From a virus (taxonomy: Duplodnaviria > Heunggongvirae > Uroviricota > Caudoviricetes), in IMG/VR virus record IMGVR_UViG_2529292923_000023: a stretch of DNA of 19,119 nucleotides. One strand, 5' to 3'. Of this stretch, positions 7,129 through 16,156 are shown one piece after another. The notes below the pieces were generated by a model. It saw only the letters and a list, made by a program, of their open reading frames with translations, was not told the DNA's origin and did no database searches. Position 1 is the stretch's first letter. Every line of letters begins with the position of its first letter. The position numbers and the translations under genes were made by a program.

Positions 7129-9871
7129 TCTTATCCGTCAGGTTATCAGTGCGTCTGAAAACAACTGGCCTCATGTGCTGGGCTGCCTGAACATAAATGT
7201 CCCTGACTCTCCGCGCCGTCATGCTCCCTGCCCTGCATGTGGGGGCAAAGATCGATTCCGGTTCGATGACAACGGGCGCGGTAGCTTCATCTGTAATCAG
7301 TGCGGCGCTGGTGATGGGCTGGATTTAATTAAACGCGTAAATAACTGCGACACAACAGAGGCGGCGCTGCTTGCCGCTGATGTTCTGGGTATTGATTACC
7401 GGACAACGGAAACACCAGAAGCCACCAGCCAGAAACGGGAACAACTGGAAACCGAGCGCCAGCAACGCGAACAGGAGCGCCTGAAAAGGGCGGAGAAGGA
7501 CGAACAACAAAGACGGGATACGTTTTCCCGTCAGTTTGATGACATGCGCAGAAAGGCTGTAAACGGCAAATCTGATTATCTGGTTGCGAAAGGGGTAGGT
7601 GATTTTACATTCCCCGTGTTGCCCGATGGATCTCTGTTGCTGGCGCTGGTGGATAAATCCGGCGCAGTCACAGCAGCACAGACTATTACCTCACATGGTG
7701 AAAAAAGACTCCTGACAGGTTCAGCAAAGCGGGGGGCATATCACGCCATAAACGCACCAGAAACAACACAGAGCATCTTAATCGCAGAAGGGCTGGCAAC
7801 GGCATTATCTGCCCATTTAATTCGTCCAGAGGCGCTGACAGTGGCGGCGATTGATGCCGGGAACCTGTTATATGTCGCCCAGGTACTGCGGGATAAATTT
7901 CCTTCAGCACAAATCATCATTGCTGCGGATAACGACCACAGCGAAGGAAGACAAAACACGGGGAGAATAGCAGCAGAAAAAGCAGCTTTATCTGTTTCTG
8001 GATGGGTGGCATTACCCCCGACAGGTCACAAAGCAGACTGGAATGATTACCACCAAAAACACGGCATTAAATGCGCCACAGAAGCGTTCAATAAGTCAAT
8101 GTACCAACCACAGGGTAATGGCGTGAAACAGGAGCCACAGACCATTGAGGGAAGCGATTTTAAGGTTATGGATACCGACCCACTGAAACCAAGAATAGAA
8201 AGCCGCGAGGATGGTATTTATTGGGTATCTCCGAGAGCTGACAGCCAGAGTGGAGAAATCATCAATAACGAAAGCTGGTTATGTTCTCCGTTAAGCGTTA
8301 TCGGTACTGGCAGAGACGATAAAGACCAGTATCTCATTCTTCGCTGGCTGTCGTTTGGTTCTGAAACGCCGACAACCGCTGCCATTCCACTGGCTGATAT
8401 TGGTGAACGTGAAGGATGGCGCACACTTAAAGCTGGTGGGGTAAATGTCACGACCAAAAGCAGCCTCAGAGCAATACTGGCAGACTGGCTACAACGCAGT
8501 GGCTCTCGTGAATTGTGGCGTGTTGCTCATGCCACTGGCTGGCAATGCGGAGCGTACATCATGCCTGATGGGGAAATCATCGGAACACCTGAAAATCCTG
8601 TGCTGTTCAGCGGGAGAAGCTCAGCCGCAGCCGGATATACCGTCTCAGGGAGCGCGCAAAGCTGGCGTGATAACGTGGCGCGTCTGGCCTTTGGTAACTA
8701 TTCAATGATGACCGGGATCGGCGCAGCACTGGCAGCACCATTGATTGGGCTGGTGGGCGCTGACGGGTTCGGCATTCATTTCTATGAGCAGTCGAGCGCA
8801 GGTAAGACCACCACGGCAAACGTGGCGAGCAGCTTATACGGCAACCCTGATTTACTGCGGCTGACGTGGTACGGAACCGCGCTGGGGCTGGCAAATGAGG
8901 CCGCCGCCCACAATGACGGACTAATGCCGCTTGATGAAGTTGGTCAGGGCGCTGATCCTGTCAGCGTTTCACAGTCTGCCTATGCGTTATTTAACGGTGT
9001 AGGGAAACTGCAAGGCGCTAAAGATGGTGGAAACCGGGATCTAAAACGCTGGCGTACAGTGGCAATCAGCACCGGAGAAATGGATTTAGAAACATTTATC
9101 GCTACTTCCGGGCGAAAAACCAAAGCCGGGCAACTGGTGCGACTGCTGAATATTCCGTTGAGTAAAGCAGTACGCTTTCACGATTACCAGAACGGAAAAC
9201 AGCACGCAGACGCACTGAAAGACGCTTACCAGCATCACCATGGCGCAGCCGGGCGTGAGTGGATTAAATGGCTGGCAGACCACCAGCAACAGGCTATTAA
9301 AACTGTTCGTGATTGCGAAAGCAGATGGAGAAGCCTGATCCCACCCGATTATGGTGAGCAGGTTCACCGTGTAGCCGCGCGATTTGCCATTCTGGAGGCC
9401 GCATTGTTGTTAGGCGAGGTTGTAACAGGCTGGGATGCTCAGACATGCCGTGATGCGATACAGCACAGCTATAACGCATGGTTGCGCGAGTTCGGCACAG
9501 GTAACAAAGAGCATCAGCAGATTATTGAACAAACGGAGGCATTTCTTAATGCCTATGGGCTTAGCCGTTTTGCACCATTTCCATACAGCCCGGCAGATTT
9601 GCCCATCAAAGATTTAGCCGGATACCGTCAGCGTGGAGAACATGACGAAAGCCCAATGATTTTCTACACATTCCCGGCCACATTTGAAAAGGAGATCGCA
9701 TGTGGTTTCAACGCAAAACAGTTTGCTGAAGTGTTGAAAAAAGCCGGGATGCTAACCCCACCAAACAGCGGTCGTGGATACCAAAGAAAATCACCACGTA
9801 TTCAGGGACGACAAATAAACGTTTATGTACTCAATTACCAGCCAGGAGATTATAACTCATCTGAAGAATGA
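7115..9871 (+). CDS. P4 alpha-like primase-helicase (zinc-ribbon + Toprim + DUF927/D5-type P-loop NTPase)
   Basis: 918 aa from ATG 7115 (the ORF-track start at 7112 is a GTG). N-terminal CPACGG...CNQCG zinc-binding motif. Toprim-like acidic motifs (IAEGLATA; IIIAADNDH). Walker A (SSAGKTTTANV) and Walker B-like (LMPLDEVG) in the C-terminal half. An iteron-type origin lies directly downstream. Confidence 0.9.
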   Translation: MRNIDLIRQVISASENNWPHVLGCLNINVPDSPRRHAPCPACGGKDRFRFDDNGRGSFICNQCGAGDGLDLIKRVNNCDTTEAALLAADVLGIDYRTTETPEATSQKREQLETERQQREQERLKRAEKDEQQRRDTFSRQFDDMRRKAVNGKSDYLVAKGVGDFTFPVLPDGSLLLALVDKSGAVTAAQTITSHGEKRLLTGSAKRGAYHAINAPETTQSILIAEGLATALSAHLIRPEALTVAAIDAGNLLYVAQVLRDKFPSAQIIIAADNDHSEGRQNTGRIAAEKAALSVSGWVALPPTGHKADWNDYHQKHGIKCATEAFNKSMYQPQGNGVKQEPQTIEGSDFKVMDTDPLKPRIESREDGIYWVSPRADSQSGEIINNESWLCSPLSVIGTGRDDKDQYLILRWLSFGSETPTTAAIPLADIGEREGWRTLKAGGVNVTTKSSLRAILADWLQRSGSRELWRVAHATGWQCGAYIMPDGEIIGTPENPVLFSGRSSAAAGYTVSGSAQSWRDNVARLAFGNYSMMTGIGAALAAPLIGLVGADGFGIHFYEQSSAGKTTTANVASSLYGNPDLLRLTWYGTALGLANEAAAHNDGLMPLDEVGQGADPVSVSQSAYALFNGVGKLQGAKDGGNRDLKRWRTVAISTGEMDLETFIATSGRKTKAGQLVRLLNIPLSKAVRFHDYQNGKQHADALKDAYQHHHGAAGREWIKWLADHQQQAIKTVRDCESRWRSLIPPDYGEQVHRVAARFAILEAALLLGEVVTGWDAQTCRDAIQHSYNAWLREFGTGNKEHQQIIEQTEAFLNAYGLSRFAPFPYSPADLPIKDLAGYRQRGEHDESPMIFYTFPATFEKEIACGFNAKQFAEVLKKAGMLTPPNSGRGYQRKSPRIQGRQINVYVLNYQPGDYNSSEE

Positions 9872-9893
9872 GCTTCTTCATGTGCGTAGAAAA

Positions 9894-10007
9894 GGTGTTG
9901 GTTCAGTTGGTTCAGTTGGTTCAATTTGTAAAGAGTATTGTTTTATAAGGATTTTATTCTTTTTATTGAACCAACACTGAACCAACAACACGGTATTTTG
10001 AACCAAC
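9894..10007. repeat. Iteron cluster 1 (putative ori): 3 tandem GTTGGTTCA (9897-9923), AT-rich spacer, 3 TGAACCAAC (9967-9975, 9978-9986, 9999-10007)
   Basis: Direct reading of the repeats; classic iteron/AT-rich unwinding-element architecture immediately 3' of the primase-helicase gene. Confidence 0.75.
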
Positions 10008-10327
10008 ACAATGTGACTGAATTGATGCGCACAACACCTGGCTGGCATCAGAGAGTGTTTTACGAGACTTTCGTAAAATCCTGTGTACAAGGGCGTGACG
10101 TTTTTGAAAGTGAGCACTACGAAATTTTCGTAGTTCAAAAAACAGCCTCTGAGAAGTTGTTATGCCTGTTCAGCAAACCATCCGCATAGCTGATCGCGAA
10201 TCAAATTACCAATGGAGCCAGAAGCAAGGGCAGAACTGAAAAGCGCCTGCCGTGAAGAGTAATGCGATACCATAAATATAGTTTTTAGAGTCCATAAAAA
10301 ACCTGTCAAAACCTGACACACAGAACG

Positions 10328-10360
10328 ATGCCACCAGCTACTGAGCGGTGGCATTTTTTT
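10328..10360 (+). terminator. Rho-independent terminator (likely ends the primase/ori transcript)
   Basis: ATGCCACC-agctactgagc-GGTGGCAT stem followed by TTTTTTT. Confidence 0.6.
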
Positions 10361-10422
10361 GTGCTATTTGTTTCATATTTTGCAATTACGATGATGAATA
10401 TTGCGATTTGTGAAACCATAAT

Positions 10423-10442
10423 AACTGTTGTTTTATACAGTT
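10423..10442. promoter_or_regulatory. LexA-like SOS box (AACTGTTGTTTTATACAGTT) overlapping the putative promoter of the downstream cassette
   Basis: CTGT-N8-ACAG with AT-rich spacer and the same symmetric AACTGT/ACAGTT flanks as the dinD box at 18095-18114; sits 14 bp upstream of the 53-aa ORF start, just after the terminator. Confidence 0.4.
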
Positions 10443-10455
10443 CTAAGGGGGCGTT

Positions 10456-10617
10456 ATGGCTATTTCAGTAAAGCCGGTATTGATAAGTGAGAAGCAAATG
10501 GAAGCGATAAAGAAAATTCAGGAAGAGCAGCGTAAAAAATCAGGAATTGGAGTAGCGCCAACTCTGCATGAAATTGCACGAGGGTTAATAGATAAGGCGC
10601 TGGCAGGCTGTATGTGA
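10456..10617 (+). CDS. Small protein (53 aa), possible ribbon-helix-helix (Arc/CopG-like) regulator or antitoxin; below the ORF-track size cutoff
   Basis: AAGGGGG Shine-Dalgarno 5 nt upstream of ATG. Predicted beta-strand (PVLIS), helix (EKQMEAIKKIQEEQ), Gly turn, helix (TLHEIARGLIDKAL) pattern. First gene of the cassette. Confidence 0.45.
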   Translation: MAISVKPVLISEKQMEAIKKIQEEQRKKSGIGVAPTLHEIARGLIDKALAGCM

Positions 10618-10633
10618 AAATGGATGGCATCGC

Positions 10634-11095
10634 ATGGAACTAAAATTTATTGATAACCCTGTGCGATTACAGGCCTTTCTTAACGAGCCAGGCAATACCG
10701 AAAATATTGTTGAGCCGGGGCACACGTACTACATCAAGCCTGATGCGGTATATCTCGGCATCTACGAAGGATTAGTGCTGGCTGGCGTTCATGAAGTGCG
10801 TAACTTCTGGCATAGCGTTGTTGAATGCCATGCGGTGTACGACCCCGGATTCCGTGGTGAATATGCACTGCAAGGGCATCGATTATTCTGCAAATGGCTT
10901 CTCGAAAACTCACCATTCCTTAACAGCATCACCATGGTTCCTGACACCACCAAATACGGACGGGCAATTATCCGTTTGCTTGGCGCTACCCGTGTTGGTC
11001 ACCTTGATGATGCTTATATCAGATGTGGTAAACCCGTCGGCGTAACGCTTTATCAGTTAACTCGGCAACAATATAAGGAATTCAGCGAATGTTAA
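10634..11095 (+). CDS. Hypothetical protein (153 aa), Cys/His-containing, unknown function
   Basis: ORF 16 bp after the 53-aa gene; overlaps the next gene start (coupled); no recognisable motif. Confidence 0.6.
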   Translation: MELKFIDNPVRLQAFLNEPGNTENIVEPGHTYYIKPDAVYLGIYEGLVLAGVHEVRNFWHSVVECHAVYDPGFRGEYALQGHRLFCKWLLENSPFLNSITMVPDTTKYGRAIIRLLGATRVGHLDDAYIRCGKPVGVTLYQLTRQQYKEFSEC

Positions 11096-11766
11096 TTACC
11101 CATATAGCTCATAAACATCTCAATCGTGCCGTATACGAAAAAGGCGGTGATGGTGGTGCCTCTAAAGCTCAGGCGAAGGCCCAGCAGCAGGCAATTGATT
11201 TGCAGCGCGAGCAGTGGAATACGGTGATGAATAATCTCAAGCCGTATGCAGAAGTCGGATTGCCTGCTTTACAACAACTGCAAGGACTGATGACTCTGGA
11301 AGGGCAGAATAAAGCCGCGAATGATTTCTTTGGTTCTGGTTTATATAAAACACAGGCAGATCAGGCCCGTTATCAGAACCTTGTCTCAGCAGAAGCTACC
11401 GGGGGGCTTGGCTCAACAGCTACCAGTAACCAGTTATCTTCCATTGCGCCCATGCTTTATAACAATTGGCTCAGTGGGCAAATGCAAAATTATGGAAACC
11501 TGCTAAATGTCGGGATGAATGCGGCATCAGGGCAGGCAACGGCAGGGCAAAACTACGCCAATAATACCGGACAACTCTTGCAGGGGCTTGGCGCTATTCG
11601 TGCAGGTCAGGCGCAGCAGCCATCCAGTCTTGCGCGTGGTATTGGTGGGGCAGCATCAGGCGCTTTAGCGGGTGCGCAACTTGGTTCCGTTGTTCCTGGA
11701 ATAGGAACTGCGGCCGGCGCTATTGGTGGTGGGCTTATTGGTCTTGTTGGGGGGCTTGGATTCTAA
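11089..11766 (+). CDS. Hypothetical Gln/Ala/Gly-rich protein (225 aa) with glycine-zipper C-terminus; possible phage ejection/internal virion protein (P22 gp7-like by size and position)
   Basis: No cysteine; low-complexity Q/A/N/G composition; C-terminal GxxxG-rich hydrophobic tail (GAIGGGLIGLVGGLGF); translationally coupled to neighbours. Confidence 0.65.
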   Translation: MLITHIAHKHLNRAVYEKGGDGGASKAQAKAQQQAIDLQREQWNTVMNNLKPYAEVGLPALQQLQGLMTLEGQNKAANDFFGSGLYKTQADQARYQNLVSAEATGGLGSTATSNQLSSIAPMLYNNWLSGQMQNYGNLLNVGMNAASGQATAGQNYANNTGQLLQGLGAIRAGQAQQPSSLARGIGGAASGALAGAQLGSVVPGIGTAAGAIGGGLIGLVGGLGF

Positions 11767-13187
11767 TGGCGACATGGCAACTTGGCGGGCTGCCTAGCAT
11801 GGCACCGCAAAATGATAATGCTCCTCGTTCTTCCGTTCCTCAGCCTGTGCAGTATCAGCAGCAGCCAAACGTAGGTTTAATGGCGCTACAGGGGCTAAGA
11901 GGCGTTGCTGAGATTAATCAGCAGGCACGTCAACAACAGCGTAAATCAGAGTTTCAGAAAGCATATGCCGGGGCTTTTGAGTCTGGAGACAGAAACAAAA
12001 TGCGCAGTCTTATTTCTGAGTATCCAGAAGAATTTGAAAGCGTTCAGAAAGGGATGGGCTTTATTGATGACGACCAGAGAAATTCTATTGGTCATCTTGC
12101 GACTAGTGCTCAAATCGCATCTTCGCTCGGAACTGGGGCATTTGGAAAATTCATAGCAGATAACGAAGATGAAATGCGTCGCTTGGGAATTTCTCCTGAG
12201 TCTGTTGCCGAAATGCATGTTAATGATCCACAGGGATTCCAGCGGCTTGCTGGTAGTATGGCACTGTTTTCTCTCGGTCATGAGAAGTATTTCGATATCA
12301 AAGATCAAATGGAAGGTCGGGATATTGAGCGAGGCAGGCTGGCAGAGACAATCCGCAGCAATCAGGCTGGCGAAGCACTTCAGGCGAGAGGGCAGGATAT
12401 TAGCCGAGCAAATGCGTTAACGTCAGCATATGCACCAACAGCAGCAATGCAGAATTACAATCAGTACGCTCAAATGTTAAAGGCGGATCCAGAGGGGGCG
12501 GCGGCATTTGCGGCAGCGGCTGGAATTAATACAAACGCCAAAAAATTAATGAGTGTTAGAGAAAACGATGATGGCACTGTCACAAAATACTACACAGACG
12601 GAAGTGAAGAGCAGGGAAAACTAAACCAGCCAATATCTGGAGATGGGTTTCGTCCAATAGCTTTGCCAACAGCCCAAAAGATCATGGAAAAGTCGCCAGA
12701 AGGGGCTAAAAAAGCTGCTGGATTTGCATACAGGGTTAGGGATGCTCTTGATTCAATAGATACACTGAAAGACCAGCTTAGCCCACAGCGAGTGGCGATC
12801 ATTAATAATGCTTTGGGTAATGGGACGCTGGCTAACTTAACGCTCAGCCCAACAGAGCAGCAATACGTTGTTAATGCTAATGACGCAATAATGGCAATAC
12901 TCCGTCAGGAAACAGGGGCAGCTATCGTACCTGCTGAAATGTCAAAATATTATCAAATGTATTTCCCTCAGCCTGGCGACTCCACAAAAACCATTGATAC
13001 CAAGCGCCGGAAGATGGAAAACCAGTTCAATTCGCTGAAAGCTGCTTCTGGTCGAGCTTATGATGCTTTGCGGGTTATTTCAGCAGTTGACAGAGGAACG
13101 TCTTCTTCGTCGCAGACATTGCCGCAATCTGAGCAGGTATCACAGCCAGCAGCCAGCAGTAACTTTTCTTCACTATGGGGTGATTAA
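11766..13187 (+). CDS. Hypothetical Gln/Ala-rich protein (473 aa); possible phage ejection/internal virion protein (P22 gp20-like by size and position)
   Basis: TAATG start overlap; no cysteine in 473 residues; Q-rich N-terminus; long ORF with good codon usage. Confidence 0.7.
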   Translation: MATWQLGGLPSMAPQNDNAPRSSVPQPVQYQQQPNVGLMALQGLRGVAEINQQARQQQRKSEFQKAYAGAFESGDRNKMRSLISEYPEEFESVQKGMGFIDDDQRNSIGHLATSAQIASSLGTGAFGKFIADNEDEMRRLGISPESVAEMHVNDPQGFQRLAGSMALFSLGHEKYFDIKDQMEGRDIERGRLAETIRSNQAGEALQARGQDISRANALTSAYAPTAAMQNYNQYAQMLKADPEGAAAFAAAAGINTNAKKLMSVRENDDGTVTKYYTDGSEEQGKLNQPISGDGFRPIALPTAQKIMEKSPEGAKKAAGFAYRVRDALDSIDTLKDQLSPQRVAIINNALGNGTLANLTLSPTEQQYVVNANDAIMAILRQETGAAIVPAEMSKYYQMYFPQPGDSTKTIDTKRRKMENQFNSLKAASGRAYDALRVISAVDRGTSSSSQTLPQSEQVSQPAASSNFSSLWGD

Positions 13188-15292
13188 TGGCTAAAGCATG
13201 GAAAGATGTTATCGCCTCTCCACAGTATCAGGCGTTAGCACCAGAACAAAAAGCGCAGGCTCAGGAGCAATACTTCAATGAAGTCGTTGCCCCGCAAGCC
13301 GGAGAAAGTGTAGAGCAGGCTAAGCAGGCTTTTTATGCTGCCTATCCACTACCATCAACGAATGAAATAGACCGATCCCAATCAGCAACTCAAAATATTC
13401 AACATACATCATCTGATAATTCTCTTGCGTCAGGGTATGCAAAGTTAGCTACTCAGCAAAGAGAGGGGCTTGAGCGTTCAGCAGAACAGGGAGCCAGTCT
13501 TGGGGCTGCGATGCGCGATGCTATAACAGGCGAAAGCCGAATGACTTCAGAGATGGAGAGACTGCAAAATGTCGCCTCTGCCCCAGAATTGAACTCACTA
13601 AGCATGGATGCCCTAAAGGCTGGATGGTCCCAACTTTTCGGCTCTGACGCGTCTCAGGAAAAGATTCTTCAGGGAATGGGGGCGACATTAAGGCAGGATG
13701 AGAAGGGGAATACTATCGTTTCTCTGCCATCAGGTGATTATGCCCTGAACAAGCCGGGTTTATCACCGCAAGACCTGACTTCGTTTCTTGCTAATGCGTT
13801 GGCGTTTACACCAGCGGGCAGGGCTGGAACGGTGCTTGGTGCCATAGGAAAATCAGCAGCTACAGATTTAGCACTACAGGGAGCCACCAGCCTTGCTGGT
13901 GGAGAAGATATTGATCCGTTACAAACGGTAATTTCTGCTGGCATTGGTGGTATTGGTAAGGGGCTGGAAAATACAGCGAGTGCGGTTTCGAGGGCTGTTC
14001 GTGGTGATATGTCGCCTGAAGCAAAGGCTGCTGTCGACTTTGCATCGGAAAGAAATCTGCCGTTAATGACCAGTGACATGCTGAAAGATAAAACCTTTAT
14101 GCAGAGTCAGGCTCAGACATTAGGCGAAAGAGTTCCTTTTTTTGGAACCGGTAAGAATCGGCTGAATCAACAACAAGCACGAGAAAATTTAGTCAGAACA
14201 TTTAGCGATGGTCTGGGTGGCATTTCTGATAAACAGCTTTATGAATCTGCGACTAAAGGGCAACAAAAATTCATTGAGGCAGCAGGAAAGCGATATAACC
14301 GCATAATTGACGCTATGGGGGATACCCCTGTCGATCTCTCAAACACGGTAAAAGCTATCGACAATCAGATTGCCGTGTTAAGCCGCCCGGGCAAATCTCA
14401 GGATAGAGCCGCGGTAAAAGTCTTGCAGCAATTTAAAGACGATATCACCAGCGGACCAAATGACCTGCGCCTGGCGAGGGAAAACAGAACCGATCTTCGA
14501 AAGCGATTTATTGCGTCATCTGACACTGTTGATAAAGATACGCTCCAGAAAGCCAGCGATATTATCTACAAGGCATATACGGCGGATATGAAAAAAGCCG
14601 TAGCCAAAAATCTTGGAGCAGACGAAGCCATTAATATGGCAAGGGTTGATCGCTCATGGTCTAAATTCAATAACATGATGGGAAGAACGCGCGTTCAAAA
14701 GGCAATAGCCAGCGGCAAGGCCACGCCTGAGGATGTAACAAAACTCGTTTTTAGCCAAAGCCCATCAGAACGTTCTCAGCTTTACAGGCTTCTGGATGAC
14801 AATGGTAGGCAAAACGCACGAGCAGCCATAGTTCAGAATGCTGTAGATAAGGCGACTGATCCGTCTGGAAATATCAGTGTTGAGAAGTTTATTAATGCGT
14901 TACACCGGAACAGGAAGCAATCAGCAACTTTCTTTAAAGGCGTACATGGGAAGGAACTGGACGGCGTTATTAAATACCTCAACGATACAAGACACGCGGC
15001 AAAAGCGAACGTTCAAAACTTAAATGGTCAGCAGCTTTATGGATTGTTAGTTGGTGGTGGCATCATAAACGCAGCAGTATTAGCGGGGATGCTAAAAACG
15101 GCTGCGTTTGTTGTTCCTGCTGCTGGTGCCGTAGGCGGAGCAGCGAAGGCATACGAAACCCCTGTTATACGAAATGCCTTGTTACGTCTGGCAAATACGC
15201 CAAAAGGTAGCACAGCATATGACAGAGCGATCAGTACGGTCACACAATCGCTCACCAGAGTCGCACAGGCATCACAAAAAGAAGCTCAATAA
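13187..15292 (+). CDS. Hypothetical Gln/Ala-rich protein (701 aa) with hydrophobic Gly/Ala-rich C-terminal segment; possible phage ejection/internal virion protein (P22 gp16-like by size and position)
   Basis: TAATG start overlap; no cysteine in 701 residues; C-terminal LLVGGGIINAAVLAGMLKTAAFVVPAAGAVGGAAKAY membrane-like segment. Confidence 0.75.
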   Translation: MAKAWKDVIASPQYQALAPEQKAQAQEQYFNEVVAPQAGESVEQAKQAFYAAYPLPSTNEIDRSQSATQNIQHTSSDNSLASGYAKLATQQREGLERSAEQGASLGAAMRDAITGESRMTSEMERLQNVASAPELNSLSMDALKAGWSQLFGSDASQEKILQGMGATLRQDEKGNTIVSLPSGDYALNKPGLSPQDLTSFLANALAFTPAGRAGTVLGAIGKSAATDLALQGATSLAGGEDIDPLQTVISAGIGGIGKGLENTASAVSRAVRGDMSPEAKAAVDFASERNLPLMTSDMLKDKTFMQSQAQTLGERVPFFGTGKNRLNQQQARENLVRTFSDGLGGISDKQLYESATKGQQKFIEAAGKRYNRIIDAMGDTPVDLSNTVKAIDNQIAVLSRPGKSQDRAAVKVLQQFKDDITSGPNDLRLARENRTDLRKRFIASSDTVDKDTLQKASDIIYKAYTADMKKAVAKNLGADEAINMARVDRSWSKFNNMMGRTRVQKAIASGKATPEDVTKLVFSQSPSERSQLYRLLDDNGRQNARAAIVQNAVDKATDPSGNISVEKFINALHRNRKQSATFFKGVHGKELDGVIKYLNDTRHAAKANVQNLNGQQLYGLLVGGGIINAAVLAGMLKTAAFVVPAAGAVGGAAKAYETPVIRNALLRLANTPKGSTAYDRAISTVTQSLTRVAQASQKEAQ

Positions 15293-15296
15293 CTGG

Positions 15297-15319
15297 TTAG
15301 CCATGGATGGCTAATTTTT
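15297..15319. terminator. Hairpin terminator between convergent genes (TTAGCC-atggat-GGCTAA + TTTTT)
   Basis: 6-bp stem, 6-nt loop, T-run on + strand; lies between the stop of the 701-aa gene and the stop of the minus-strand membrane gene. Confidence 0.45.
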
Positions 15320-15661
15320 GTTCTTTGCTCTCATCCATAGGTAAAGAAGGGAAAGAACAAGACAAAAAACAGAGAATAGATAACCTACCTCATATGGTGC
15401 GCCAAAAAAATTAGCCATTGATACGGGCAAAAAAGCTGAAGCGATCAAAATTGAAAGGCAAAAAATAAGCCCAGTAATATAGTTTATTAAATTCTTAAAT
15501 GAGAAACGTTTTGCTTGATTTACGGTCTTAACGAACGATCGCTTAACGACGGATAAAAGCAAATAGATGGCGACAGTTGCTAATGCCCCTTTCCACCAGT
15601 CTGGATATAGTTTTGCGACAATCAGACCAAGGAAAACCATGATGACAGCCTGAGCATTCAC
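15311..15661 (-). CDS. AT-rich polytopic small membrane protein (about 116 aa from GTG at 15661; the ORF allows an upstream ATG at 15730)
   Basis: Strong AAGGGAGGG Shine-Dalgarno 5 nt upstream of the GTG at 15659-15661; three to four hydrophobic helices; markedly AT-rich relative to neighbours; convergent with the cassette. Confidence 0.55.
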   Translation of the reverse strand: MNAQAVIMVFLGLIVAKLYPDWWKGALATVAIYLLLSVVKRSFVKTVNQAKRFSFKNLINYITGLIFCLSILIASAFLPVSMANFFGAPYEVGYLFSVFCLVLSLLYLWMRAKNKN

Positions 15662-15846
15662 ACCAACCCTCCCTTTAGCTTTGTTTAGAATGGCAATCAT
15701 CATATATCCAAGACATGGCATTTGGTACATAGCTTGGGTCGGGATTTCAAATCCGATCCCCGTTGATGGGGCCGTTACAGTACGCGCATATCCTCTTTAT
15801 GTGAAACAGGAAGATTTTTCTGATATCACTGCCACAGCAAAACACC

Positions 15847-16156
15847 AATTTCGTGACCAGTACGCGCGCGAGGGGTATCAGTTGCAAAAAATTTTGCAAC
15901 TGCGTCCGACCAGTACGCACACGATGGCGGGGAGCACCATAAAACTGTTCTCTACATAAGACAGAGTGGTGGTGATGTGTTGATTATCGGCGTATATGCG
16001 CACAGGACGCGCTATGACGATGTTTTATGCGGGTACACCAATCACATGTATCTGGTGTGATCAATCGCGTTACATGACATCTCATGTTGTGCTGGTGATT
16101 ATCACGACGTTCTGAATCTGGCCTTTGCCTGATATTTTGCGACAAGTACGCGCGCG
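15847..16156. repeat. Non-coding region carrying a 24-bp repeat family (AATTTCGTGACCAGTACGCGCGCG-like; copies at 15847-15870 and 16134-16156, a third at 17743-17766) plus degenerate copies and palindromes
   Basis: Direct reading; three near-identical copies sharing the TACGCGCGCG core; imperfect palindrome CAGTTGCAAAA-AA-TTTTGCAACTG at about 15879-15902. Confidence 0.5.

Noticed and set aside
9897-10007. Short direct repeats that could be mistaken for a CRISPR array
   Set aside because: The repeat unit is only 9 bp, copies are tandem or irregularly spaced with no spacer periodicity, and an inverted set flanks an AT-rich region. This is iteron/origin architecture, not CRISPR.
9938-10189. ORF-track ORF (83 aa, + strand) across the iteron region, and minus-strand ORF 9878-10138
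   Set aside because: Both run through the iterons and AT-rich spacer with low-complexity translation and no Shine-Dalgarno; this is most likely the non-coding origin region.
11089-15292. The three large low-complexity proteins as flagellar or type III secreted proteins, or as a tail tape-measure protein
   Set aside because: There are no flagellar or secretion genes nearby and the context is a mobile element; the proteins are split into three coupled genes with hydrophobic C-termini rather than one long tape-measure protein. Ejection/internal-virion-like proteins remain the better but unproven fit.
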